From Bacteroidales bacterium (GTDB lineage: Bacteria; Bacteroidota; Bacteroidia; Bacteroidales; WCHB1-69): 47,669 nt of DNA. Shown here one piece after another: positions 1-9,154 of this stretch. Both the position numbers and the translations under genes were made by a program. The notes beneath the pieces are model-generated. The model did not search any database and had not been told where the DNA came from. It was given only the letters and a program-made list of their open reading frames with translations. The first letter of the stretch is position 1. Each line of letters starts with the position of its first letter. The stretch spans positions 1 through 47,669 of the forward strand of contig JAGBPE010000112.1 in the NCBI GenBank assembly GCA_017633495.1. The letters run 5' to 3'.

Positions 1-1124
1 GCCGTCTGGCAATAGTGGAGATAGCGGTACACTTCGTTGCCCGCATCCAGCAAAGCCTGCTCGAACTCCAGTCGGGCCTTCTCTTGATCCAATTTCGCAT
101 TCTTGAGTTGAGCATTGAGCTTTCCGGCTTGAAAGATAGGTTGCGTGAGTGAAGCCACTGCCTGTCCGATCATTTGGGCAGGACTGAAAGCCGCACCGAA
201 GAGTCCTTCAATGGTAATCGTGGGATAGAAAGCCTGGCGAGCCTGCTGGGTACCGTAGTAGGCCAACTCCATATTGCGCTCGGCTACACGCACGTCGGGA
301 CGAGCATCCAACAAACGCACCGGAAGTCCTAAATGGAGCTGTTCCGGCATCTTGAAGGTGCCGAACGGGGCACGATCGATGTGGTGGGGCGGCTCTGCAA
401 GCAGATTACAAAGAGTGGCTTCCGTGATGACAATGCTGTTGCGCAGGTCTATGATCTCCGTCTTTACTTCCGCCACAGAGGCTTCCATCTGATAGACGGC
501 GGAGCTTTGGAACAGACCGGCATCATACAAGGCGCGGGTGGACTCCAACGACTCCTCCCACAACGTTTCCGTCTGCTCTGCAATCTCCAACTGTCGGTCG
601 AGCATCACCAAAGTGTAGTAGAGACTGGCCACATTGGCCGCCAAACTGACCTGCACGGCCTGCTTGTAATCCTCCATGTATGCGGCTTGGGCTTTCGCTT
701 TGCGCACCCCTGTGGTGGTCTGTCCGAAGATGCCCAACTGCCAGCTGGCGGTGATGGGGACTTGGGCAGTGAAGGATCCCGATCCTTGATAGACGTATTT
801 GGCTTCTGGTGTGAACGCCAGCGTGGGCGCATAACCCCATTTTGCAGCCTTCACACTGTTCTGGGCCTGCTCAATGGAGAGCTGGGCCGTCTGCATGCTG
901 GTGTTGTTGGCCAGCGCGGTCTCAACAACCTTCTGCAACAGCGGGTCGGGGAAGGCGGTGCGCCAGTCCATGTCACCCATGGAGACGGTGTCCTGCGGGT
1001 TCATCACGTCGCCCATCACGTCGCTGCGTACGCTATAGTCGGATTTGTATTTTCTGTAGAGGTTGCAGCTGGAGAGGAGCACCATCGCTGCCAATACCAT
1101 TATGTATATAGGTCTGTTTTTCAT
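1..1124 (-). CDS. RND efflux outer-membrane factor (TolC/NodT-family lipoprotein); partial, 3' end runs off the window
   Basis: Absent from the ORF track because it is open at the window edge. My translation from the ATG at 1124 gives MKNRPIYIMVLAAMVLLSSC (lipobox), followed by TolC-like sequence (..LSIEQAQNSVKAAKWGYAPTL.., ..ARPDVRVAERNMELAYYG..). It lies directly downstream of the RND pump. Confidence 0.8.
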   Translation of the reverse strand, partial: MKNRPIYIMVLAAMVLLSSCNLYRKYKSDYSVRSDVMGDVMNPQDTVSMGDMDWRTAFPDPLLQKVVETALANNTSMQTAQLSIEQAQNSVKAAKWGYAPTLAFTPEAKYVYQGSGSFTAQVPITASWQLGIFGQTTTGVRKAKAQAAYMEDYKQAVQVSLAANVASLYYTLVMLDRQLEIAEQTETLWEESLESTRALYDAGLFQSSAVYQMEASVAEVKTEIIDLRNSIVITEATLCNLLAEPPHHIDRAPFGTFKMPEQLHLGLPVRLLDARPDVRVAERNMELAYYGTQQARQAFYPTITIEGLFGAAFSPAQMIGQAVASLTQPIFQAGKLNAQLKNAKLDQEKARLEFEQALLDAGNEVYRYLHYCQT

Positions 1125-1240
1125 AATTTCTTTACTTTTGTTCCGGCCCCACACTGCGCTGCGCTTGTGTGGGGTTAATTGCACTTCGTGCGTCTTGTCT
1201 CTTCGAGACTGCTCAAGGAATTATATTTCGATAAAAACTG

Positions 1241-1268
1241 TTCACTATTGCCTATTGCCTTTTGCCTA
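1241..1268. repeat. Heptad tandem repeat TTCACTA-TTGCCTA-TTGCCTT-TTGCCTA; on the transcribed strand TAG-GCAAAAG-GCAATAG-GCAATAG
   Basis: The last unit contains the RND pump stop codon (1266-1268). Confidence 0.7.
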
Positions 1269-4200
1269 CTCACTTACCACTACGTCCTCTTCCTTCTCGC
1301 CGGGCGTCAACTTTTCGTGAACCTTCTGGAAGAAGATGTAGAACGCCGGGGTGACGAACAGGATGGCGATGATGCCCACCACCATACCGCCGACTACGGT
1401 GAGAGCCAAGGACTTGTTGCCCACAGCACCTGCACCGCCTTCCACGATCAACGGAATCATACCGATCACCATGGTGGAGACAGTCATCAAGATGGGACGC
1501 AGACGGTCTTTACAAGCACCGATGGCCGCGTCGAAGATAGACAAGCCCTCTTCGCGCTTCTGGATGGCGAACTCGGTAATCAAAATGGCCGTTTTCGCCA
1601 CCAAACCCATCAACATAATGACACCCGTCTGCACGTAGATATTGGCTCCGGTGCCCAAGATCGTCTCCAGCGGACGGATGGTCAGGTAAGCACCGAACAG
1701 TCCGAACGGGATGGAGAACAAGACAGCGAAGGGGATAAAGACAGAGTTGTAGAGGCAGGCCAAGATGAGGTAGATAATCAGGATGGCGATGCCGTAGATG
1801 ATGATCGTGTCGTTGGAACCGGCGCTTTCGGCCTCCTCACGGGCCATACCGCCGTACTCGTAACCGTAACCGTCGGGGAAGACCTCCGCCATCACCTCAT
1901 CAACCGCCGTACGCACGTGTGCGGAGGTGTAGCCACTGGCCGGCATAACGGACATATTGTAACATTGGAACAGATTGAAACGGCGCTCTTGCGAAGAGCC
2001 CAAGCCCTGTTTCAGAGTAACAAACTCTGACGCGGGCGCCATTCCGCCGTCTGTCGGGACGAAAATATTGTTGAGCGTACTCGGCTCCATACGGTAGGAG
2101 TCGTTGGCCTCCACCAACACCTGATAGACCTTACCATATTGAATGTAGTTGCCGATGTACTTGCCAGCCAAGTTCGTACCGATGGTGTTGACGACTGTCT
2201 TCGGGGAAACGCCCTTGCGTTTACAAGCAGCGGCGTCCACCGTAAGACGGAATTTGGGGTAGTCTTGCGAGTAGGAGGCGGAAGCCGTGGAGACTTCCGG
2301 ACGAGCTTGCAGCTTCTTGGCGAACTCGTTGCTCAAGTCGATAAACGCCTGAGCGTCGCCGCTTCCCGAACGGTCTTGCAGGTCGAGTTCCATCATGGAA
2401 CCCGTACCGTAGCCCGGAATTTGCGGCATCTGGAACGGCGTGACGGTCGCTTGCGGCAAGTTCACCATCGCCCAAACATAAATGTTCTTCTGCATGCCGG
2501 CGATACTGTAGAACGAACGCTCCTCCCAGTTTTTCAACCGCACCATCATAGTGCCGTAGTTGGTACCGGCACCGCCGTTCATCATGGAGTAGCCGGTGAT
2601 ACCGCCCACCAGTTCCACTTCATCGAGGGTGCGCACGTAATTCTCCAATTTGTTGAGGGTCGCCTCGGTCTCGTTGAGGTAAGTACCCGGCGCCATCGTG
2701 ACGTCCACCAACAGGAAGCCTTGGTCCTCTTGCGGCACAAGGTCCTTCTGTGCGGTAGTCATCAACCAAATCATGCCACCGGTGAAGGCAGCCAACAGAA
2801 TCCACGCAAACGCGGGCTTCTTCATGAACTTGGTGACACCGCTCATGTATTTCTTTTCCACAGCACCGTATGCAGCGTCGTATGCGGTGCGCATGTAATA
2901 GTTCAGGCCTTTTCTCTCGGTTTCGCCTTCCTTTTTCGGTTTGAAGAGCAGTGCGCAGAGAGCCGGGCAGATGGTCAATGCTGACACAGCCGACAACGCC
3001 ACAGAGGCTGCCATAATGGTGCCGAACTGTTTGAAGAAGGTGCCGGAAGTACCCGACATGAAGGTCACAGGGATGAACACCGCCATGAAGACCAATGCCG
3101 TGGAGATACAGGCGGCGGAAACTTCAGTAAGGGCGTCGTTGACAGCAGAGCGAGCGCTCTTGTATCCCGACTCCAACTTGGCCATAACGGCCTCCACCAC
3201 CACGATGGCATCATCCACGACCGTACCGATAGCTAATACTAACGCAAAGAGTGTCAATAAGTTGAGGGAAAACCCCACTACCTTGACAATAGCGAAAGTA
3301 CCAATCAAGGAGACGATGATAGAGACAGAAGGCACGATGGTGGCCTTAAAGTTCTGCAGGAAAATGTACACAATCAAAATCACCAAAATGATGGCGATGA
3401 CGAGGGTCTCCAACACATTGTGCATGGAGGCGTGCAGGAAGTCGTCGGAGGTTTCCAACTGTTTGAATTCCAAACCTGCAGGCAAGTTTTTAGAAAGTTC
3501 GTCCAACTGTTTGTTGATGTCAGCGTTGACCTTGGTAGCGTTCGCGCCGGGTGCCTGGTTGATGATGAACAACACGCCGGGATGTCCGTCAATGTCGGTG
3601 CGGTAGTCGTATGCTTTGGTACCGAGCTCCACATCGGCCACATCAGACACACGCAAAATGCTTCCGTCCGGATTGGAACGGATGACGATGTTCTCGAACT
3701 CGGTCATATCGTCGAGCAGTCCGTTGAATTCAACATCGATCTTGTTGATGGTGCTTTCGAAACTACCGATAGGCGCCACGATGTTCTGCTCGTTGATAGA
3801 GTTGATAATCTCATCGGGGGTGACTCCATACGTGCCCATGACGTCGGGCTTGAGCCAGATACGCACACCGTATTTGTCGCCGAGCATCTGGGTACGACCC
3901 ACGCCGGTGACACGGCTGATAGCGGGTACGACATTGATATCCAGATAGTTCGAAATGAACTTTTGATCGAATTTATCATCGGTGCTCTCCAAAGACAAAA
4001 TCTGCAAAATGGAGTTCACACTCTTGGTCACAGTGACACCTTGGGTGGTCACCTCCGAGGGCAACAGACCCAACGCCTGGTTCACGCGGTTCTGCACGTT
4101 CACGGTCGCTTGGTCGGCATCGGTGCCCTGCTTGAAATAGACATCGATTTCGGCACTACCGTTGGAGCGGGCCGTTGAGGACATATACATCATGTCGTCC

Positions 4201-4433
4201 ACACCGTTCACCTGCTCCTCAATGGGCATGATGACGGATTTCATCACTGCATTGGCGTCGGCACCGCTGTAGTTGGCCGTGATGATCACCATAGGCGGAG
4301 CAATGTTGGGGTATTGCTCAACCGGCAGGGAGACGATGCTCACCACACCGACGAGACAGAGCAGAACGCCGACAGCAAGTGCCGCCACCCAGTGCTCCAC
4401 AAAGAATTTGGTTTTCTTAACTTTCTCTTCCAT
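1266..4433 (-). CDS. RND multidrug efflux permease (AcrB/HAE1 family)
   Basis: 1055 aa with 12-TM/porter-domain architecture and typical AcrB motifs (VEQYPNIAPP, LVLAIGTVVDDAIVVVE). Sits between the MFP and OMF genes. Confidence 0.93.
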   Translation of the reverse strand: MEEKVKKTKFFVEHWVAALAVGVLLCLVGVVSIVSLPVEQYPNIAPPMVIITANYSGADANAVMKSVIMPIEEQVNGVDDMMYMSSTARSNGSAEIDVYFKQGTDADQATVNVQNRVNQALGLLPSEVTTQGVTVTKSVNSILQILSLESTDDKFDQKFISNYLDINVVPAISRVTGVGRTQMLGDKYGVRIWLKPDVMGTYGVTPDEIINSINEQNIVAPIGSFESTINKIDVEFNGLLDDMTEFENIVIRSNPDGSILRVSDVADVELGTKAYDYRTDIDGHPGVLFIINQAPGANATKVNADINKQLDELSKNLPAGLEFKQLETSDDFLHASMHNVLETLVIAIILVILIVYIFLQNFKATIVPSVSIIVSLIGTFAIVKVVGFSLNLLTLFALVLAIGTVVDDAIVVVEAVMAKLESGYKSARSAVNDALTEVSAACISTALVFMAVFIPVTFMSGTSGTFFKQFGTIMAASVALSAVSALTICPALCALLFKPKKEGETERKGLNYYMRTAYDAAYGAVEKKYMSGVTKFMKKPAFAWILLAAFTGGMIWLMTTAQKDLVPQEDQGFLLVDVTMAPGTYLNETEATLNKLENYVRTLDEVELVGGITGYSMMNGGAGTNYGTMMVRLKNWEERSFYSIAGMQKNIYVWAMVNLPQATVTPFQMPQIPGYGTGSMMELDLQDRSGSGDAQAFIDLSNEFAKKLQARPEVSTASASYSQDYPKFRLTVDAAACKRKGVSPKTVVNTIGTNLAGKYIGNYIQYGKVYQVLVEANDSYRMEPSTLNNIFVPTDGGMAPASEFVTLKQGLGSSQERRFNLFQCYNMSVMPASGYTSAHVRTAVDEVMAEVFPDGYGYEYGGMAREEAESAGSNDTIIIYGIAILIIYLILACLYNSVFIPFAVLFSIPFGLFGAYLTIRPLETILGTGANIYVQTGVIMLMGLVAKTAILITEFAIQKREEGLSIFDAAIGACKDRLRPILMTVSTMVIGMIPLIVEGGAGAVGNKSLALTVVGGMVVGIIAILFVTPAFYIFFQKVHEKLTPGEKEEDVVVSE

Positions 4434-4435
4434 AG

Positions 4436-5566
4436 CTATCTGATTTTCATGCCATTAGAGAGTTTGCGCACACCGTCGGTCACAATTTCGTCACCAGGAT
4501 TCAGACCTTCGATGATGAAGTATTCCTTACCGTCGTTTGACGGATAAGCCTGACAGATAACACCTTCCACTGTGCCGTCCTTTTTCACGCGGTAGAACAT
4601 CAGTTGGTCTTGCAGACGCACGGCGGCGGTTTGCGGAACGCAGAGCACACTGTCCAAATCGATCGGAATAATGGCCATAGCCGACAAACCGGAACGAAGC
4701 ACGCCGTCAGGGTTTGGAAATTCTGCCTCGCAGGTCACCGTACCGGTTCCCTGATTCAGAATAGCGTCGATACGTGTCACTTTACCGTCATGAAGATAGG
4801 TACTGCCGTCTTTGAGTATCAATTTCACGCCAGGCATTGCATCTTGAAGCAGTTTGCCTTTGGGACCGGCAAGTCCCTTTTCTGTCACCTGCAGTTTGTA
4901 TTCCTTGATGGTCTGCAGCAGCTGCGTCTCATTCAGGGAGAAGTCGGCGTCTATCACGCTGTTGTCGCTCACCTCGCAGAGGTAGTTTCCGCGAACGGCC
5001 ATGTCGCCCTCACTGAAGCCATTGCTGCCGATAACCCCGTCAAGCGGCGAGGTAACGTTGCAATAGCCGAGGTTCGTTTTCGCGATATTGAGCTGCGCTT
5101 CTGCCTGTTGCACAGCAGCTTTCGCTGCGTTATAAGCGTTAAGGCTGGTCTTGAGTACATAGTCGCTGATCACCTTCTTGGCATACAGTTCCTTGTTGGA
5201 TTCGTACTGCAGCTTCGTGGTCTCCATCTGCGCTCTGGCTGCGCTCAGGTTGGCTTCTGCCGACTGCACACTCAACCGATACTCCGTAGGGTCGATGATA
5301 TAGAGCGTCTGTCCTTTGCGCACGCGAGTGCCGCTGGTGTAGTTCTTCTTCTTGATAATACCCTCCACCTGCGGATAGACCTTCACCTCACTGGTGCCAG
5401 ACAACGTTGCCGGGAACGACATGTTGTAAACACGATTTTCGAGTTTCAACACCTTCGTCTCAAATTTGACCTGAGGCTTCTCAGTTTGCTTCTTTTTGCC
5501 GCAGGATGAGAAGACACAAACCGCCATCATCAACGCGACGACTAAAAACAGTTTCGATTTATTCAT
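4436..5566 (-). CDS. RND efflux periplasmic adaptor (membrane fusion protein), lipoprotein
   Basis: Start placed at the ATG at 5566 (MNKSKLFLVVALMMAVCVFSSC lipobox); the track start at 5587 is a TTG. Has a coiled-coil/biotinyl-lipoyl-like MFP layout. The stop lies 2 nt from the pump start. Confidence 0.88.
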   Translation of the reverse strand: MNKSKLFLVVALMMAVCVFSSCGKKKQTEKPQVKFETKVLKLENRVYNMSFPATLSGTSEVKVYPQVEGIIKKKNYTSGTRVRKGQTLYIIDPTEYRLSVQSAEANLSAARAQMETTKLQYESNKELYAKKVISDYVLKTSLNAYNAAKAAVQQAEAQLNIAKTNLGYCNVTSPLDGVIGSNGFSEGDMAVRGNYLCEVSDNSVIDADFSLNETQLLQTIKEYKLQVTEKGLAGPKGKLLQDAMPGVKLILKDGSTYLHDGKVTRIDAILNQGTGTVTCEAEFPNPDGVLRSGLSAMAIIPIDLDSVLCVPQTAAVRLQDQLMFYRVKKDGTVEGVICQAYPSNDGKEYFIIEGLNPGDEIVTDGVRKLSNGMKIR

Positions 5567-5608
5567 TGTAGTATTTTTTATGACCAAGACAATTAACTAA
5601 GACTGTGA

Positions 5609-6418
5609 CTAATAAATGAACGGGAAGACCCGTTTCAGCTTCTTACGTTCCATAATCTCACCAAACTCCGACTGGTAGCGTTTGTAGAGAGCGTTGGCGC
5701 GGGGCACCAGATTGGCAAACGTCCAGATAAAGAACACCAAACCGGAGAACGACCAGGTGAGGATGGCAAAGCCCAGCCACTCCATCAGTTCACCGAAGTA
5801 GTTGGCGCTTGTAACGTACTCAAACATAAATCCTTCCGGAAGATAGTGATTTGTGTCGTCGTCGCTTTTGCGCAGATGGCGGATGATGTAGTCCGAACGC
5901 AGATTGGTGTAGAATCCGAAAATGAAGATGATCAATCCGAGGATGAACTGCGGCGACCAAAGCCAAGCCGTATCGGCGTAGGAAAGTCCAAATGCGTGAT
6001 AATCAATCCTGAAGGATTCGAAGAAAATCCAATAGCCCTGCATCATCGCGTTCAAAATGTTGAATGAAATGCCCGAAAACATAATGCCCAGCGGCATTGT
6101 GCTCTTTTTGCCCTTCATCAGCCACGGGAAGATGATGGCACGTTGGAAATAGTGGGTTTCGAAAATCAGCAGGAAGACCAACGGCACGATGTCGAAGCGG
6201 TGCGGCGAAAGCAGCCAGATGATGAGCATGGCCAAAAAGATGGGGAACTCCATCAGAAACCACGCCACTTTGTTGTTGATGCTCTTGCCCCATTTGGTGC
6301 TTCTGAGCATCCCGTAACCGGCATCCACAAAATAGAGGGAGACAAAAACCACCACGGCGATGGCAATCATCACCCAAAGGTAGATATTAAAGGCGGAAGT
6401 GCATAATCCTAGAATCAT
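5609..6418 (-). CDS. 3-oxo-5-alpha-steroid 4-dehydrogenase (steroid 5-alpha-reductase, SRD5A-like) family membrane protein
   Basis: C-terminal family signature YLPEGFMFEYVTSANYFGELMEWLGFAIL. Polytopic membrane protein. Start moved to MILGL (6418) because the longer ORF overlaps the sppA 3' end. Confidence 0.75.
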   Translation of the reverse strand: MILGLCTSAFNIYLWVMIAIAVVVFVSLYFVDAGYGMLRSTKWGKSINNKVAWFLMEFPIFLAMLIIWLLSPHRFDIVPLVFLLIFETHYFQRAIIFPWLMKGKKSTMPLGIMFSGISFNILNAMMQGYWIFFESFRIDYHAFGLSYADTAWLWSPQFILGLIIFIFGFYTNLRSDYIIRHLRKSDDDTNHYLPEGFMFEYVTSANYFGELMEWLGFAILTWSFSGLVFFIWTFANLVPRANALYKRYQSEFGEIMERKKLKRVFPFIY

Positions 6419-6429
6419 AATGCGCTGAT

Positions 6430-8247
6430 TTATTGGATAATAATAGTCATAGGCATACGTGCCTGCACGCCTTCGCACTCAAGCACCTGCTGCATGTCGT
6501 TGAACAGAGGATAGAAATAGCCCATCTTCTCACGGACAGCTTCGTCGATGGCGTCATCCTTTAAGCTGAAAAGCATTGAGAACCAATCTTTTTGCTTCGG
6601 ATAATAGCAAACGGCGTAATCGCTAAGTTGCGCCAAATCAGCAGCTTTTGCGATAGCATCCTTGATGTTGCCGAGTTTGTCGACCAAACCGAGCTGCAAA
6701 GCATCGCTGCCGGCCCAAACGCGACCTTGACCGATGCTGTCGACAAAGGTCACAGACAAATGACGGCCGTCGGCCACACGTTTCGTGAAGGTGCCGTAAA
6801 TCTGCTCGATAGAAGCCTGCATACGCTCGCTCTCCAATGCATCCAGCGGACGCATGAGACTGCCTTGGTCGGAGTGTGCGTTGGTACCGACCTGATCCAC
6901 AGTAATGCCGATCTTGTTCTTCAGGAAGTTCTGCACTGTGGGAATCATGCCGAATACGCCGATGGAACCGGTGATGGTGTTGGGCTCGGCGAAGATATAG
7001 TCGGCATTGCAGGAGATGTAGTAACCACCGGAAGCGGCGTAGTCGCCCATAGAGACCACCACCTTCTTGCCGGCCTTTTTAGCGGCCTCAATCTCGTGCC
7101 AGATATTTTCGGAAGCCAACGCGCTGCCACCAGGAGAGTTGACACGCAACACAATGGCCTTCACGTCTTTATCTTTGTAAACCTTGCGGAACTCCTTGAT
7201 GAAAGTCTCGGAGTAGATACCGCGGTCGCTGTCGCCCTTGCCGTCGGCAATTTCGCCGTAAGCGTACATCACCGCCACCTTTTGGGCGGCTTTGTTATCT
7301 TTATCCGTAACTGTCTTAGCGTATTGACTGACCGTGACATAGTTGATCTTGTCGTTGTCGCCGAGGTTCATTTTCGACTTCATCATCTTCTCCACCTCGT
7401 CAGAATAGGCCAACTTGTCAACGAGTTTCAACTTCAATGCCTCTTGCGGAGAGGAGCAAAGCATACTGTCGGCAATGTTATTCAGCTGATCCACGGAGAT
7501 TTTACGAGCCTTGGAGACATCCTGCAAGTAAACATTCCAAAGTGAGTTGGCCAACACGGACAACTGCTCGCGGTTGGCATCGCTCATCTTGTCCAAGAAG
7601 TAGGGCTCCACCGCGCTTTTGAACTGTCCGTGGCGGAAAATCTGCACGTCCACATCCAATTTGTCGAGGAGGTTTTTGTAGAACATCAGCTGGAAAGCGT
7701 AACCCTTGATGCTGAGGTCGCCCACCGGATTCAACAAAATCTTATCGGCGGCGGTCGCCATATAGTAGCCGTTTTGGGTGTACACGTCGTTGTAGGCATA
7801 GACGAATTTGCCGCTCTTCTTGAACTCCATCAACGCGTCGCGGATGGCTTTCATAGTAGCGGGAGAGCCGCCAACGGTACTGGATTTCAGGTAGATACCT
7901 TTAATCTTCGAATCGGAAGCAGCAGCCTCGATGGCCTTCAGGATATTGTCGAGACCAAGACTTTGGTCTGAATAACTCCCAAAGTTGAACGGTATTTCCA
8001 CCGCCCGCTCCGAGATGCTTGACGAAAGATCCAGCATCAGCACGCTGTTCTCTTTGACGTTCACCGTGGAGGATGACATTGAGGAGGCCGATTTCTCCAA
8101 AGTGGCCACCATGGCGAGCATCATCAGGATGCCCAAAATGCAAGTGATCATTGAGGCGAGCACGAAACCCACCATTGAGCCTAACACCACACGCCAAAAT
8201 TTGCGTGATCTGGTCTCCGGCTGATAATTTTTTTCTTCTTGTTCCAT
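6430..8247 (-). CDS. sppA: Signal peptide peptidase SppA, 67K type
   Basis: 605 aa with an N-terminal TM helix and duplicated ClpP/crotonase-like S49 halves (VLRVNSPGGSALASE, GDYAASGGYYIS). Confidence 0.9.
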   Translation of the reverse strand: MEQEEKNYQPETRSRKFWRVVLGSMVGFVLASMITCILGILMMLAMVATLEKSASSMSSSTVNVKENSVLMLDLSSSISERAVEIPFNFGSYSDQSLGLDNILKAIEAAASDSKIKGIYLKSSTVGGSPATMKAIRDALMEFKKSGKFVYAYNDVYTQNGYYMATAADKILLNPVGDLSIKGYAFQLMFYKNLLDKLDVDVQIFRHGQFKSAVEPYFLDKMSDANREQLSVLANSLWNVYLQDVSKARKISVDQLNNIADSMLCSSPQEALKLKLVDKLAYSDEVEKMMKSKMNLGDNDKINYVTVSQYAKTVTDKDNKAAQKVAVMYAYGEIADGKGDSDRGIYSETFIKEFRKVYKDKDVKAIVLRVNSPGGSALASENIWHEIEAAKKAGKKVVVSMGDYAASGGYYISCNADYIFAEPNTITGSIGVFGMIPTVQNFLKNKIGITVDQVGTNAHSDQGSLMRPLDALESERMQASIEQIYGTFTKRVADGRHLSVTFVDSIGQGRVWAGSDALQLGLVDKLGNIKDAIAKAADLAQLSDYAVCYYPKQKDWFSMLFSLKDDAIDEAVREKMGYFYPLFNDMQQVLECEGVQARMPMTIIIQ

Positions 8248-8271
8248 ATTTTCAATATTAACTAACTTTCC

Positions 8272-8335
8272 TCCTAAACCCCTAAACCCCTAAACCTGTA
8301 AACCTGTAAACCTCTAAACCTCTAAACCCCTAAAC
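8272..8335. repeat. Eight exact-phase 8-bp units: TCCTAAAC, CCCTAAAC x2, CTGTAAAC x2, CTCTAAAC x2, CCCTAAAC (GTTTAGGG-type on the transcribed strand)
   Basis: 64 bp that abut the methyltransferase stop codon (8336-8338) and fill most of the spacer to the sppA start (8247). Confidence 0.95.
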
Positions 8336-9151
8336 CTACTTCCCAAACACCATGTTGATGCCCCAGAAGGCATGATGGCGCAAAAATGCATTTTTTTTCC
8401 ATAGCCTCTGTTCCTTTTCCACATTTTTTTGCAAATTGTTATCATTATAGCAACAGGAGGGCAGGAAACGGATGTACTGGAGACTATCTTCCTCCATGTG
8501 GAATCCAGCTTTCTCAAAGTGCTTGCGCCAAAGCTTTTCCGGACGGATGTTCTCATTGCCCATCTGCACCTCTTTCTGGAGCACGTCATCGTAAATTGAA
8601 ATTACCCTTTTGGTGCCGCGCTGGGCAAAAAGCATTGCACTTTTAACCAAACAGCCGCCGTTTTCCTCAATCAGAATCAATTTTCCATCGGGTTTGAGGG
8701 CGTTTCGGAAGATCGGCAGTGCCTCGTCCAGCGGTTCGATGTGGTGCAGCGTGTCTTGCAGGATAATATAGTCATAGCTGCTCTCCTCCGGCCTTTGGTC
8801 GAAGAGGTTGGCATACTCGCAGGTGAAGAGAGAGGTGTCGCCATATTGACTCCAGAACTTACGACGCATATCCCACTGCTCGGGATAATACTCGAGCGTG
8901 GTGCCGTAAACGGGCTGCCCCTTCATGGCGAAGTAGAAGCCCGTGGTACCGTAACCGCAGCCGCAGTCCCAAATCTTGGGCTGCTTGCTGAGGTCAACAT
9001 GGCGATCCAAGTAATCGAGTCGCTGTATAAAGTAGGCCTTCCGGAACTGTTGCCGCGCAGGGGAACCGTCCGTCAGCTTGTAGTACGGATAGAGCCTCCG
9101 GTTTTGGCGCAACTCCTCGCAAAGATGCTCGAAAAAGACCTCTTTCTGCAT
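8336..9151 (-). CDS. Class I SAM-dependent methyltransferase
   Basis: Motif I is IWDCGCGYGTTG and the fold spacing is Rossmann-like. The start lies 3 nt after the typA stop. Confidence 0.8.
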   Translation of the reverse strand: MQKEVFFEHLCEELRQNRRLYPYYKLTDGSPARQQFRKAYFIQRLDYLDRHVDLSKQPKIWDCGCGYGTTGFYFAMKGQPVYGTTLEYYPEQWDMRRKFWSQYGDTSLFTCEYANLFDQRPEESSYDYIILQDTLHHIEPLDEALPIFRNALKPDGKLILIEENGGCLVKSAMLFAQRGTKRVISIYDDVLQKEVQMGNENIRPEKLWRKHFEKAGFHMEEDSLQYIRFLPSCCYNDNNLQKNVEKEQRLWKKNAFLRHHAFWGINMVFGK

Positions 9152-9154
9152 AAA

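Noticed and set aside
1179-2030. Long ORFs on the strand opposite to strong genes (for example 1179-2030+, 2139-2984+, 10085-10882+, 11225-12001-, 17563-18519+, 18912-19589-, 20110-20946-, 21044-21982-, 42074-42736-).
   Set aside because: They lie entirely inside confidently identified genes on the other strand. Their composition is low-complexity and rich in Arg, His, Gly and Val, and they have no recognisable motifs. These are typical shadow ORFs.
8272-8335. The octamer array read as a CRISPR array or as telomere-like sequence (TTTAGGGG resembles eukaryotic telomere repeats).
   Set aside because: The units are contiguous 8-mers with no spacers, so this is not a CRISPR array. The array is only 64 bp, lies internal to a bacterial operon, and is flanked by normal genes, so it is not a telomere or a contaminant.
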